A DNA stretch of 60,848 nt, the filler included, from Catajapyx aquilonaris (taxonomy: Eukaryota), in NCBI GenBank assembly GCA_000934665.2. It is 2 parts of 2 records of this genome, joined end to end, with 100 filler letters (N's around TTAATTAATTAA, not from the genome) between each part and the next. Parts side by side here need not be neighbours in the genome. Positions count along the whole stretch, not along the records: positions 30,540 to 60,848 come from JYFJ02004655.1; 1 more part is not named here. The stretch is one strand, 5' to 3'. Below, piece after piece: positions 37,705 to 53,200 of the stretch; position 1 is the stretch's first letter; each line of letters begins with the position of its first letter. The notes beneath the pieces were generated by a model, which was not told the DNA's origin, did no database searches, and saw only the letters and a program-made list of their open reading frames with translations. The position numbers and the translations under genes were made by a program.

Positions 37705-39624
37705 TTAAGTAATTAGCAAGTGAGAAAAAAAGTAGGCCTAATTGACAATATACCTTACCTTACATGGTGCACAGTGTTGCACTTGCCCTGCGATATGGGG
37801 TAAGTGCAATTTTCGAATTCTCTCGCAGTAATAAACATTTTTCAGGTTGCATAGGACTAGTATATATATATATATAGTATTCACAAAGGCACAAACTTCC
37901 TCTGACAGTCTGTGTATTCCAAATTTAAAAATTCTAAGTTCTTATACATAATATACAGTAACCTTTTATTCACTGCAGCTCTTCAACAGGTTGGCTAATA
38001 ACTAACATCAAGAGCTAAAATTATTAGCTCTTGCTAACATTACCGGTTTGGACCAGCCGATGTAGGAGTATCGGTTCTCAAGTTATGCGCTGTTGACGAT
38101 ATGTCAGTTGTTGGGTGCATATAAGAAGAAATGCCGAAAATTTAAACAAAAATCCATTTCGAGTGATAATTTTTTTAAATTTTTGTGGTAATTTTCATGT
38201 GTCCGGCTTTTACTTAATATTACCATATATAAAAAAATAATAAAGCATGATTTCGTGATGATTACCTTTATTTATTAATATTTATAGTTGAAAATGTAGC
38301 TTTTCGAGCATTTCTTTAACAAAAGAGGTAATATCTGCGCCTCTGTTGAACCCATAATGACCGTACCTTTTTAGGTTTGTAGCGTTCTTCACGACGCTTT
38401 CAACGGTGCCTCACACTTTCAATTTGTACTGTAAGTTTAGGCTTGAGAAATGAAGACCTATATTTAAAAAGGTAGTAAGTGCCATTTTGGGAGAATGCAG
38501 AAAATGATGTTTTTCTCATGGCATCACTATGAGGTGATATATGAAATAATATTCTATTGACTACAAGAAAAACTACTACGGGCTGCTTCTGGCACTTGAT
38601 ACCTATTTTACAATATTGGCCTTGGCGTTTACTTCTGTTTTTACTGCATATCTCCATTTTCGCATTTTTGACACTTACAACCTTTTTTACTATAGGTCTT
38701 CAAATTTTTAAAAACTTCTGCTTGGGGTGATGCAAAACTTTTGACCGGTATATTGTATTGTTATCGACGCCAAGGGTTACCAGACCAAGTGCAAGATGGG
38801 AGTGATTACCTTGTCAAGTTTTGTAGCATTTGGTTGAGTTTACAGAATGTTATGGTTGTTTGAAGATTTGGTGTAATTTTGAAGTACGTGAAAAAATACA
38901 CAAAAATATTGTTTAGTTTTCTTCTACAACTCAGAAATTCTTCAAATCTGACATATTCTCTTTAAATGCCACTGTGCATAGCATGTTAAAATTTCAGCTC
39001 AATCGTATCACTCGGAAAAAAAGTTACGCCCAAAAGACATGGAGTTAATATAATTATGGCCACCACTATGCTCAAATGTCTAAGTATTTATCAGTATAAA
39101 AATTACAGTGAATAATAAGTCTTAACTGGCCTCATGAAAAACGAAATGTAAAAAGCGTGCCATCTAATAGCCCCAGTCTCCCCTACTACTTTTTCAAAAT
39201 GACAGGGGAGTGTAAACTTTCTGTCACAGACTATTTTTTAAAATTCCAGGACCCTTATAATACTGCCCGCCTCTCCTCTCTCCTCTTAAAATGAAAGCAA
39301 CAGCAGCTTTTACTGCATAAGTGGGCCTGGTATACTCTCCATTGATTGTGCACCACTTTTGTAGAAATCCAGCATAACCACCTCTGCATCCCAGATGATG
39401 ATCACCATCTCTTTGGCAGTAGACTATTGCACTCTGAACTTTTGCAGTGGTGGATAATTAATCACTGTGTTTCCACTTCTTGGATTTCATTTTTGTTTCT
39501 GTACAGAGGTGGGGAACCCAGGTTTAGTCCTGTGCCACTGTTCCAAGCTGTTCCAAGAAGTCATCCACTTTCGGGGTCTACCATAGTGACCTGTGATCAT
39601 TACTCCACAACCATGACCAAACCA

Positions 39625-39674
<50 letters not shown>

Positions 39675-39927
39675 GCCTACACCGTGCAAGGGAGAAAGGG
39701 ACATGGGGAAGAAAATTGGGATTTTTGGGGAGGGGCACGGGCGCAAGTGCAATGTCTCAAACTGGGCCATGTGCAGTCCCCCAGGAGGTTAGGTTGCCAG
39801 ACACCTCCAAGGCGCGGGTCAGAGATCCTCCTGACTCAGCCGAAAGGGAAATCCCGGGTGGGGATCGAACCCGGGACCTTTCCATCATCAAACCGAGCCG
39901 TTACCAGGTCGGCCACTGCACCTCCCC
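39625..39927 (-). mobile_element. tRNA-derived SINE with (AAT)n tail
   Basis: A box TGGCCGACCTGG, B box GGTTCGATCCC, body homologous to 11078-11330, possible TSD ACCAAACCA. Confidence 0.85.
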
Positions 39928-41240
39928 AAACCAAACCACTATATTATATGCTAGTGAAACTATGCTGAAATATGTAACTCATTTTTGACAAAAAGTGGAC
40001 CTTGATCGTTCTTCCCCCAAAGTATTCAAATGTTGTGAATATCTTTTATTTTTGAGTCAAACCTTGTATGCTGACTTTGCACAGTATAGTGTAGGCCTAT
40101 ATTTTTGTGTGTTGAGCCACACTTTCCATGCTATTTATTCTGCTTCTAAATATAGCGTTGTGCCCCTTCTGATATTTGTCCATGCCGGTGACAGTTATCA
40201 CTATTTTTAAGTCATGTTTTGTGGTAGAAACAGTTGCCAATCCAATAATGAAGTCTGCATTATGGTTATGGAAGTTGTTCAGCCAAAATTCCAACATGCA
40301 AAATATTTATTCCATGCAGTGATGGAAGGCTGCAGTTAATGCACATTTGTTGAAGGATATGAAAGTAAGCGGGCTTGCTTCTTTCGTAATTTTTACTATG
40401 GGCTGCCTGAAAGTTTTTTTAGCGTCCTTATATACTGTACAATATAATGACCTATACGCAAGTACACAACTTACAACATGTCAAGAAAAGTATTACGAAC
40501 AAAATAATGTACTGTAGAGGCCTACTTGGCATTACATAACCATCAGCACTCAAGGAAAATTAAGTCGTTTTCCCCTCTAACTTTCACCTGATGAAAGAGT
40601 AGGAATTTGAGTTTACTCATTACCATGAGAATATTATCTGGGCAAGATGAAACAGATGATTGTGTGGTGATATTGCAAGCGGAATAGGCCTATTTCTCAT
40701 TTTTGTTCGCTTGGGTGACATGAATATTAACATGTGATTATTGCCTTAGTGGACCCCAAAATAAACAAGGGCTGTATTATTTGTCTTAAACATCTGCAAT
40801 GAAACTAAATCTGAGAAGACATTAGCATCTTTGCACCTCCCTGTGTGAATTATATTTGCATTATGATTATTTTTTGAGGTTGTCATGAAATGTTTGGAAC
40901 AAATGTATCTTGGTGTAATTGTAAGGACTGTTGGATGAAATACAGTACAATATAAAACTTTCTTATTGTAACAAAGATAGTGCATTTATTTGGCACCAAT
41001 TGATATTGCCAAGCTGGCAGTATAACATCAAAATACATATAGTCATCACTTAATGTATACATAAATGTTATGTATATTAAATAGTTTACCAGGACATTAT
41101 TACATTAATAAAAGGACGATAGATATACTGTACATGATATGCCACAAAGAAATTACCGTATTTGGAACATTGACTACAAATTCATCCACAGGTATACTCA
41201 TGGCACATGCACAGTAGGTACACGCTAAACTCAGCATGCG

Positions 41241-44200
41241 TTACAAGCTGTCAAATAAGGTCTTCAGTTGTGGTTCATACAGGCCCATGAACAGCATGAT
41301 GGAACCTCCAATAGACATACCCAACAGCTGCAGCATTAGGTCAAACATGGGACTTTTGCTGGAATTTGTGTTGAGTTCTGGGATCTAGAAATAAGAGTTA
41401 TATAAGTGATAATAAAAATAATTTGTAAAGCATTACAGAATGTGTTTTAACTTACCAGATCCACCAAAGCAATGTATAGAAAGGTCCCAGCAGCCCCCGC
41501 AAAAATCCAGGAGGAAGCCGACTCATAGTTACTCAAGAGTATTCCTATGATCATTCCCAAAAAGCACAACAGAGATGACACCATGTTGTATAAAAGACCC
41601 TGCTTCACTGTCATTCCAGACTTGATGAGCACAGCAAAATCACCTGTAACACAACAAGAGGATGACAGTTCATTAGTGGTCCTATCAAAGGGTGTACTTG
41701 TATACCTAATAATTCAAACTCTTTAGCAGAGCTTACATACCAATCTCATGAGGCAGCTCATGGCAGAAGACAGCAAAGGTGGTGGATATACCAGTGGTAA
41801 TCCCAGCAGCGAAGGCTGCACCAATGGCTAGTCCGTCACTGAAGTTATGCAGCCCATCACCCATAATAACCATCCAGGCCACGGAAGATACGGAATCAGA
41901 AGGAGTGAGGGCATGGGAATGGGAATGACCATGTCCATGATGCTCAGTGTTGTGATTTTGGACCATCAAGGCATATCCATTGGTCTTGTCCTTGACTGGA
42001 TCATCTGCCATCACTTTCACGGTGTACTCCTCCTTGTCAGATTTGGTGTTGGGGCAGCCCCATGTTGCTGATTCTGAAATAAGGTTAACATGTATCTGTG
42101 TATGACTTGATGTGCATTGACTAGCTTACGTTCTTCTTTGGCGATATCTTGTTTGTCCTCATTTATTGGCATCATCTCTTCTTTGTACATGGCTTCTTTA
42201 TTCATCTCCTTCTTCTGAAATAGGTTTAGAGGTCTACATGAACTCTGATACAAAAGGTCACTCTGACTTTGTCAAAAAACATTGAAGCCCATCCGCCGGG
42301 AATCGAACCCGAATCTACACTTCCGATAACGAGAAGTGTCGCTCTGCCATTGAGCTACGGAAATTGAACCCAGCACTGGTCATAACCACAATAATAAGAT
42401 AGCATGCTCACTTCAACTCTGGAGTTCCTGCTGGATCGCCACCTCTGGAGAAGTTTTTCCATGAGGAAAAATACGACAATCATGATACATGTAGAGAGCA
42501 TCTTCCACACTTGCTCTTGGTGATCATGAGACTCATTGGCTTCATCATGCTCATGCTCATGGCTGCCATGATCATCGAGATCGAGTTCATGACTGCCATG
42601 TGAAGCGCTTTGATGTCCATGCTTGCTTTCAAGAGCCTGAAACATAAAATGTACCACTTAATGCATTTGGGAGAATTAATATGCAGGAATATATTATTAA
42701 AAGAGTATGAAGGAATAATAATAAAGTAGATTATATTGCTGTTGCTAAACTTGGCGCATTTTGTTGCAGAAGTGATCATTATCACTCCAGTTGTCTCTAC
42801 ATTTTGACTTCATTCCAACAAGAAAATATCTTACGTGAGGCAATAAGTGAAGCAATGCATCTCCAGCAAGGGATCCAACTGCCAGGCTGACCAAGAATTG
42901 AATAAGGTGTTGGTAGAACATCTTCTGCATGACAGGGATGATTGCGACTCCCAGAAGTCCTACCAGGCTGATTACCAGCACGCTGATTGTTGCATATAAC
43001 CATACTGAAATTATCATTAAAACGATCAGTTACTATTCTTACATAAGCAGTGGTTGATCACTCTTATTTTGCAGTAAAGTGACCACATTCCTGGAATGAA
43101 TCCTTCATTTCAGGCATGATTTGATGATTCCATTAAATAGAAGGCGCAGATACTCTAGGGAGGCATAAGGATAGAGTCAAAGGCAAATGCTATGAATGTA
43201 TCACAGAGCTGTGATACATTCATAGCATTTCCTGACACCAAAATAGCTCTATTTTGGTGTCAGGAACTGATTGTTTACCACACGTGTGCATAACATTTCA
43301 GTGATGACACGATTGGCAATCAGACCACCGCACCGGAACAATGACGTCTGAGATCATTTGTGTTTGATCACTGACGCTAACATATCAATGTTAATGGTAC
43401 CAACGGCATGCAAGGTGATGCCAACAACCTGTATAAGTAGTAGGTCATTGATATACGCGAAACCCTGAGAGGTGATGGTTCGGAAAGCCCCCGAAGTAAG
43501 GGTGATGACTTCCTTCCTCAATGGAACATGCTATCTTCACAGACGACCTTTATAATATTGATCCAGGTTGAATTACAACGATGGTGTATGCTACTAAACT
43601 CAAAACGAATTACTATACTAATGGGTTTAATAATTTTATTGTTGATTGTTAAAAGAACCGATCTGCCATTTATTGGTGTGTAGTCTACTGTACTGTACGT
43701 TTAGTACTGGTATAAAGAATGCTGGATTGTGGTGTTCGACACCTGTCACTACAAAGGTGTCCGCGATTATCACCACATTCATCTTTCAGTCAGAATTGGT
43801 TGCTCATATCCCCTAGACCAGGTAATATCCTAAGCGTGTCACGTGGCTCTGATAATATTCACACTTCTCGGTATTACCTAAGTATAGTAATACTGTGGTA
43901 TATTTATGGCTAGATGAGGAAAGTCCTGATATCGCAGACATATGAATGTGTGTCACATCATGTCTGTCAGAAACGGCACTTGTATCGTCACGTCGCGTCG
44001 GTGAGGGTATTAATTATTTAGATGACCTGCTACATAGCAAAGGTTACAGATGGAGAAGTGTATTAGGCAATGTGTCTGATATCAATCATAGCAGTTACGT
44101 TTAGTATGATATTGTGCACGATTGTTCATGTTTTATTTGATATTCCCAGAATGCTGACTTTCCTTTTCTAACCAGGATATTGAGCATATGGGATAACGCA

Positions 44201-47200
44201 ACGAAGCAGAGAAATGAGATGAGGTGTTTTGTTATCACCAATAAATGTAGAAATTCTTCGAGAAGTGCATGAAATAATTTTGAAAAATGTGTCTGATATA
44301 TTTTTTGTCAAAATTAACTGAAAATTTCATCCATATATAGTGGATAATATCCAGCTACATCGCACCCATTCATAGCACAACTTGAGGGATTATGAGGTCA
44401 ATAAATGCGAAAAATACGAATGGGTGCATTTCATATTCATTAAAGTTAAATGTTATCCGGTTGAGTATTTTTTTAAATCGCTTAATAATTCAGATCTGTT
44501 GAAACTTCGCCTTGACGTGTGCCTTTTAAATGAAATATGATGCCACCATTGCAAAAACTGTGTTAAACCATTTCTCTCCGATGGCAATGGATCAAAATGG
44601 GTCATTATATCGGAAATTAATTGAAATTCAGAACCTATAGGTATGATCACCTGCAATTGAAACAGACCTCGAGTTTAGAACACTACTTCATAACTTCCTT
44701 CGGTGGTTGTATCGGCAATGAAAAGACTGCAATAATTGTCTTGCATTTCTTATTGCACGATTAAGCAGGATTTTTAAAAAAAAGTCAGTATCAACATTGA
44801 AGATGGGGACAGAGCAAAGGTCATTTCACGGGTCATTCTCCCGACCCGGTCTTGATATATTAACCCTTCTTCTGTTTTTCAATTTTGTCTGCTGAGTCAA
44901 GGTCAGAGATATCATTAAACTGGGTAAGTAAACTACTTTAATTATATCAATCATCCAGGTGATTAATATACCATTTAAGGCTTGATTACTCGACTCTAAT
45001 GCCACAAGTTATTACTATAAAACGTTTAATTTTATGCTTCATATTTTCTGGCGCATTGGACTGACCATGAGATAGCCTAAAAATCATTTTATCAATTGCA
45101 GGGAAGAGCAGAGCTCTTCTATTCGTCTCTAGGAGTTCTGCTAGATATTCTGCGGGAAATCTTTTTATGATTTTGAAAAATGACGCATTTACTTTCACTG
45201 TAAATGTCTACTGCGACTGTCTTCTAGTTGATTTTGGAGGTTTCGAAATCATATTACTGATATACTGAATCTTATTTACGCAAATAAATAGCCGGGTCAT
45301 CCTGCGCATCCAGCGACCCATGTAGCACAGGAGGTTGAGGGTTGGCACAACCGCAGGATGGCACATATTACTAATGCGTGTAAGCTTAACACGCCATTTT
45401 CTCCTTAATACAGTATACCAAAATGTAAAAAATTATCTCAGACAAATTTCATCATAGAAAATCACAACGGAACTAATGACCAAGAAGAAGTGCGCACCCT
45501 CCCCCCCCCCATCCAATGTAATTATCTAGAATCATAACAATTAGTTCCAACGGTGATTGCAATTTCCTAATGTCATCTCAGCAGTATTCAAAATTGTTCT
45601 CTACTCAAGCAGGCAAGTTGATCGAGAAACCTTAAAAGTGAAAATCAGACAGTATAGTAGTAAACCCCAATACCTTTAGTCTCGTTGTAGCTGTGTTCTT
45701 GAATCACTGAGACAACGTCATCCATATTTCTGGGTGGTCTCTTCCAACAGGTACGTTGATCCAACTCGTAGACAATGGCCGGGCAGATGCGGAGGAAGTG
45801 CAATGGGAAGATCGGAGTGTGATGAGGATTCAGACCGTAGGCGACTAGGATCTCTGGAGCAGTCAAGCACTGAAGACCAAATGAAACAGGGCCTACAGCA
45901 CCTCCCTTTTTATGAATGAATCCCACCCCCCCTATTCCATCAGTCTATCCGGTTCCGAACACTTGCAGTCACTATTGTTTTCCAACATCTCCTTTCCCCC
46001 ACCTCCCCATGCAGTCATCGACCATCGTAACGTCCTCTCGACAGTGTCTCCTTTTGCTACGTCACAGCTAACCCCCAACCAGGTGTCATCCCTGACCCCT
46101 GGTATGTTGTGTTGCGTCAAGGGGAGGAACTAAGAATTTTACCCGGAAACATTGGTAGTCGAGGCCATTGGAGAACCTCCGGTCCAAATAGGCACAATAC
46201 AGTCTGTCCATCTGCAAGTAATGACCTTCTACATGGTCAGGACTTACCATTGTTTCGGGTCCTGGCTGGACTTTCCACTGCAACAAATAATTGTGATCCA
46301 TGTTGTGGTTCGTTGAACTTACATCTTCTTCGGATGGTGCATCTGGAAGTAAAACTTTAAAATCCATTTATGAAATTAGGAATGGACACCTTTGCTGTAC
46401 GGTACAGTACATCATCATGTTGACCGTTTTTCCGGTTCTGCATAAGTGATGAACCAGAATAAATTCAGAAAGTATGGGTAGCATAGTGCATTTTAATTAT
46501 AATTGTGCCACAATATTTAAAGCACATATAAGTAACATCATTACTGCCAACGGCGTTTTGTAGTAACATCGATGTGAAAGAAATAGTGGCACGTACTGTA
46601 CCGACAGTAAATTCGTAGTAATGATGAGGTGGTTTTTTATGAGTATAATATATTAAACCCTCCCTCCTGCTGATGGTCAGTATTCTTTGTTACATGGGTC
46701 ATCACTTTGAAGTTACTATGAAGTAGCGTCACTTTTCAAGAGAGGAATTACCAGCATGTTAAGTTATGCTAACCGTAATTGAGGTCGATTACAGGACCGC
46801 CCCCTGAAATGAGACAACACTCTTCATGCAACATCATGAAGGCTAGTTTCATGAAAATTCATATAGACATCCTGACACCTCTATAAAAGTGATTTATGAT
46901 TACATAGCCGTTGTCACCTTTACAATACCTGACATTGTATTGTATTGCTATAAAATTACACAAGGATGGCTAGAAAAGTTCATATCAAAACTTTTTGAGG
47001 GAAGAAGTGGTAAACATACTGTAGATCTACTATATTTTAAAATGTTCATAAACTTATGGAATGAAAGTCATGATTAGGTTTTCCAATAATATAATGAGGT
47101 GGATATTTGCGACCACAAGGAAGGTCCAGGGGATCCGGAGAATGTTTGCAAAATACCAGTCATGTTCGGAAACATTTGTACAGTAAGGATAGTTCTATAC

Positions 47201-50200
47201 TAATTCCCCTATAATAATCAATGCTCCCTTAATACGGTATTTAATACTCTAAAACTAAAATCCTACAATATGAAAGTCAGACGCTAAAGAATGCCCCTCA
47301 ATAAATGTCCATTGCCCCCTTACAGTATAGGCTACTGAACATTTCTGGGCTCTCTTTTCCTAAAGCATAAATACCAGATAACATGTAAATCGGAAGCAAT
47401 GTGTCAGAGGGACAATATTTATTGTGGCAGATGAACAATGTGATGCGAATGTTAGTGTTATCCTTGAACCCCCTTCTACACTCAGTGATGATTATAGTGC
47501 ATGTTGCTCAATGATTCTTAGATTAGTTGCTCTCTCATTGCGTATCACTCCACGCATCACCAAGCACTCTCTTAGATCTTTTGATAAGTACTGTGCAGTG
47601 TGCACTTTAAAAGATAAGCATTGGGTGTTCACCACCACACGCCACTACATAGCTTATTTATTGGTACATTACTAGTATAGCAGCTCCAGGTCTGATTAAG
47701 GATGGGAGAGGTAATTTTCATTGACGCAGACATTTACTTCTGCAAATGGATATTAGAATATTTTGTTGGTAATTCCCTGTCAAATGTGGGGGAATCCTGG
47801 AGAAACTAATATAGTTAGCTCGAGCATCGCGTGTTGATGCATCCAGGATTCTTACTACCGAGTTGCCGAGTCATACCGTGATGACTGACTTCCAGAGAGG
47901 ATATAGGTATAAAAATGAACCAGCTGACACATGAAACAATGCCATTTGATCTATTACGGTATACAATACTATTCCAAGTAGCCCAACATCTTTATTCAGA
48001 AAAACCAGGTAATTATGCATCACTTGTAATATCAAAGTCAAGTTTAGGTGCGTTTTGACGTCACCAACCTGACTGGTAGGAACTAGCTCATATTGCACAA
48101 AATATGTGCCATTTGAGATCACAGTGATGATTATACGCATATCCGGATTCACTTGAACTACTTAGGCTGATTGCAAATGCCGCTGCTTAATAATGTCCGA
48201 TTTGCGTCAGGAAGTGTTGGGATCATCAAATGACATATCATTTCGTCGATATTTCGTTATCAGTACTCAAAGGTGTTAATAGCTTAACCCAGAATTGAGT
48301 GAACTCTTTTATCAGTCAAGTGGAAAGGTGGTTCATCACCGGTGATTCTATTAAAGGTATGTCAAGCAGGTGCAATAACATGTATATACACAGAAATATG
48401 GATAAAAGTGGATGATGGCTAATAATAATACACAGCTGAAGCTGTGTAATTGACAGCTGTTGACGCTTATATTTCCCTATTCCTACCTGTCAATCCAGTG
48501 AACCTATCTTTCACTCACTGTACTACAGTGCCATTCCATCTCGTTTAGTTGCACACGAATCAATAGACTCGTCAGCTGGTTTGCTTCTCAGGTAAATATT
48601 GTTCATGTACTAATACTTTCAGTTAGATATTGCGGCACCTACTCCCAAACATCAGTATGTTGTACATCTACTGTATAACATGAATGCATATATTTAATGT
48701 CTAAATGTGACAGCGATGTTAGTTAAGTTTCAGCAGCCACTGGCACGATCATAGGGCTTCATATGTGGAAAGTTATGTAGCAGATACAAGCTGATTATTA
48801 TAAGGCAAAATATTTAATTGCATCCAAAACTACACGGATATCAAAAGCTATTAGGTGACATTACCTGACAATACTGCATGATGACCTGATATCCAGAGGG
48901 ATCAGAAAAATTACATAATTATTTAGAGATACTTGTATGAGAATGTGAATATTGGATTATGGGATTCCTTTATACATTTCGATAAGGAACTGTGTAACTT
49001 ATATAGAAGAACACTGACTTACCCATCACAAAGTACGAGTCAGGACTAAGTATATTACATTGTTTTTCAGTAACTAAATGTCGACCAAAATATCATGTCA
49101 TGTCTTCCAGCATTACTCACGGAACCCACGATGACGGAGACAAACCGATGCGATGGTAACATCTGTAGGTTACGCAAAATTTCGCGTCACACCTCACAAT
49201 TTCTATAAACACGTTTTTAAGCATTTTTTTCGTATGTTTTGATCATCATTACATCACACCATAGAAAATTAATTCAACCTATGTTATGTCATAAAGTATC
49301 ACTCTAAATTTCAAAGAGTTAATTTATTACTCCTTTTGGGGGTTAATTTGGTTTAACTCACACTTAGTAAGTTCAACACGAAAAAGGGTTATAATATCAG
49401 AGCGTAACGCGTTTTGGGGTTACATAAACCCTCAAGCTTCAGTTCTGCACTTTAACCATAACTCTTTTGCAGGAGTAGACATAACTGATTTTGAGTAGGT
49501 ATCGATTTAAACCCTATAAAGGGTACAATTTAACTCATTTTGATTTACATTAACCCTTAAAAATTTAGAGTGATACATTGTTTTCTGATGGAAATTATTC
49601 AGAATACTAAAAATACTGTACATGTATACGTGCAAGAGATTTCTTAACAATATAGTGAAGATGTGGCTATATCTGATAACATTTTGATGCCTCAAGCGCT
49701 TTACTGATTAACTGTATTCATATTTGCGACTGATATGTAAATTGTACACAAACACACACAATAGCCATGAAACTCATGACAGTGCATCCGCACAGTGCGA
49801 AGACATACCGTATGTTACACCAATCCTGTATAACAAGAGGGAATAAATATCGCGATCAGCAAAGACGTCAGACGAGGTAATAATACAATCGTGTATATTC
49901 CCCGGTGTCTATTTCTCTGCAATAATTGTGTCATTAATATTGTGGTTACGTAGGTGATTTACTTACGTGATATCATGCTCCCGCATTCACATGAACCGGC
50001 TGGATAATAATAAATCATTATGAAACAACAGGAACATGATTGCGTGCTTATAACAAATCTCAATATCAGTTATGCTGATATACGCCAAAGTAATGATAAT
50101 ATTAACCTATTCCAAAAGTAAGTACCGTATAGTCGTAGAAACTTTTCAAATAATGTTCTCCAAAAATCAATAGAGCCATGTGATAGTGCATATCTTTATC

Positions 50201-53200
50201 TAGAGTAGCCTATACCACCGCATACAAAACCCATATATTTTTGGAATTATAAAACCATATTTAGTAGGCCTGCGGTGATAGTGCTCGAAGTATAGGCTTA
50301 AAAGTAGTTTGAAAAATGTTATATCAACATGGCTAGGCATACGATGGCTACAGTGCGGAAAACGAAACGACGATCTGACGTCATCATTTTGTTCTCATGC
50401 AACAATAGCAGTAAACAATGTTCTTTTTGTTGACACTGTTTATTCATATTGTTGTGTGACGATGACGTCAGATCGTCGTTTCGTTTTCCGCACTTTAGGT
50501 TGAATTTTGTGAGACGGTTATGGCCAAATGATAATTACTTTTAGCATGCGTTAATTATAATGTCGGAATGTAGAGTTCCGTCATGAGATGCATGCAGTGA
50601 TAGGATGATGACATGGGGGCAAAGTTTGATGATTGATGAATATATGAAGAAAGTGATAATAAGTCTAGCAGGAAGACACTATTATTTTAATGAGAATATC
50701 CCGTTTCTACTAAAGAAGTGCAGTAGCCTACATAGGTATCGTGGAGGATAATTTTTTGCGGGTTTGAAGAAATTAATATGAGAAAGACATTGCACCATAT
50801 TGCATAATTCTGTTGTCTGCGTGCCGTGGGTTGTCCAAAATCCATTATTACATTGGTGGATTTGAACGTGGTCTTCGACTCACAAAGACGAGGAAAATGT
50901 CGAATTCAGCATTACGGGTTATCATGACGATAATGATTATGGTATGTGCTCAGTTACTTATGTGGCATGCACGTATTTTATTATCATCAAGTGTTGATAC
51001 GTGAACTATAGGGCTAAGTTCTACTGCTACTTGAAGGCGACGAAACAAAAGTTGTGACTATTAGGAACAGTAAAACCCCTTTCCACTAGCTTGTCACGTT
51101 TAAAAATGAACCATTAGTTTTCTCTATGGCAGAAAAATATTCCTGTACCTGACAACCATTTCCAATGATGCCTTTTAGGGCGGTCAATAGGCCACGATTC
51201 GCCTGAACTGTCACACAACCAAAAACATATTTTAAATCCTGAACTTTGACCTGGTCAAATATTTGTCCAGCATGGTCCAAATGCTTATGGTTCTACTCGT
51301 CAGTGCTGTTACTTCGTCCGAAGTTTCAATTGGGCCTTTAAAGTGCAACAACTGGTGCGTCAGGAAAATAGTAAGATATTTTTGTGATAATAATAATTAT
51401 TATCCTTGCACTATGATTTGACAGCAGTCTGTGAACTCGTAGAAATCTTGAACTGACCATAAGTAGTGACTTTCATCACAAGGAGCTTGAAGATAACGTA
51501 AGTGAACCGCAACCTCGAAAATGAAAGGGATGAGAGAAGTCGCACAATGCAATCGTTTCATACGGAGTATACTGGACTTCGATCATGTGATTGCCCTTTA
51601 TCTTGTCTCATTAAGCCTATATAGGAAAAGGAAAACATCCTGAAGAGGTCCCGTTTTATTTATATACGGAATTAATGTCCCCTTTTGTCACGTCGATTGT
51701 TAGAACCTTTTAAATAGTCATGGAGCACCGTCAGTACTTAAATTCCCCATTCCATATCCTGCTCTATTCTATGTATCCGGATGCATATTTCGACCACCAA
51801 TTGTCTCACGTCATGTGAATGGAAGACTCAGGTATTCTTCGGGGACAATAGCTGCAAGTGCGTAGGATTGGTAAGACCAAATAGGTCCTATCCACACTTT
51901 CGCTTAGCATTTACACATGAATGGATAAACTATTCGTCTCATTTAGTTGTATGTATATACACTGACTGACGTAGTCAAGCTTGTTGAAAATTGCACTTTC
52001 GCATATCCAGGTGACATTGAACTTGACAGAAAAACAAACACAGTCGATATGACAAAGTTGTTAGTGTAGGCCTATATAGTGTATATTTAGATTTACAGTA
52101 TTTTTGCTGCGAATGATTAAAACTGATTTATCAATTGTTGTCAACTCGTGACCTTCAGAGTTGAGTGTTCGAGTATCATATGGAGTGCAAAAAGTAGCAA
52201 AAAAAAACAAAAAACCGTAAATTGTGGCATTTTTCAGCGTCGGATTTTCTTTTCAGTAGAAACATATATACAATTTTAATTTAAAATTATCACAATTAGT
52301 ACGTTCGAGAGTATTGACGGTCAGTGAAGGAAGAAATTGTTCGATGATAATCAAGTGACTACCCTAATCGCATAGAACATTCTCCACGGTGCCAGTAGGT
52401 ACAACTCCTATCCCAGGAACTGTGTATGTTTTTCAGAATTGCGATTGCGGCAGAAAATGGGACGATGATAAGATCAAGTACAATACTTCACATTCTTGGT
52501 ATGATTGACACCGCGTCAGAGATAAGCTTTTATTCTTGACTTCATAAAGGGAAGTATAAGAGGCATTGCTATGAAAACAAATCACAGTAAATATCAATAA
52601 ACATTGGTGTCACCAAATAGCCCATAAAGAAGCGGATTTCCCTCTCACTTCACGTCAATAAATATTAGTGAGTGTAATAGGTGGCACACACGTGGTTGGA
52701 CTGACACGCGCTAGCTAAACACATTTGCACATGAGGAACAGGAACGTGGTGCTATTGTTAGTGCATTAGAACCTTGGGCTCTTCTCATTCAATGCCTTCC
52801 AGGAATCTTTTCTTTCTCCGATCTCCACAATTTAGTGGAAATTGTAATAACGTCATATGAGAAAGTGACACTCAGATTTGTTTTATCTCTATTTCGGTAT
52901 TGCGAAAAATCCAAGTTTCAAATTTTCAATTTGCGCATTCTTCACTTTAATAATGTCGACAGGAGGCGTTAGGAATGTTAGATTATTTTTATTTTCATTT
53001 TTCAAGCAATAAGGTATGTTGTGACTGATTTTTCGAAATATTATTCAGCCAGAGAATCTCACTGAAGCCACAAGCTTTGTAATAAATTACATTGTTGCCC
53101 ATTATGACGTAAGTAATATTTTCTGGTTGAAGAAATAATAAGTAGGCTACAGTACATGACTGTCACTGGATGGTTAGCTATAGTCGTCATTTTATCAACT

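Noticed and set aside
42017..42073. Apparent premature stop (NLTRRSTP*) in the ZIP gene
   Set aside because: Wrong frame. The phase-1 intron 42129-42074 gives an open QSATWGCPNTKSDKEEYTVKV.
45295..45363. GC-rich stem or pseudoknot as a possible ribozyme
   Set aside because: The stems overlap and no catalytic core consensus is recognisable.
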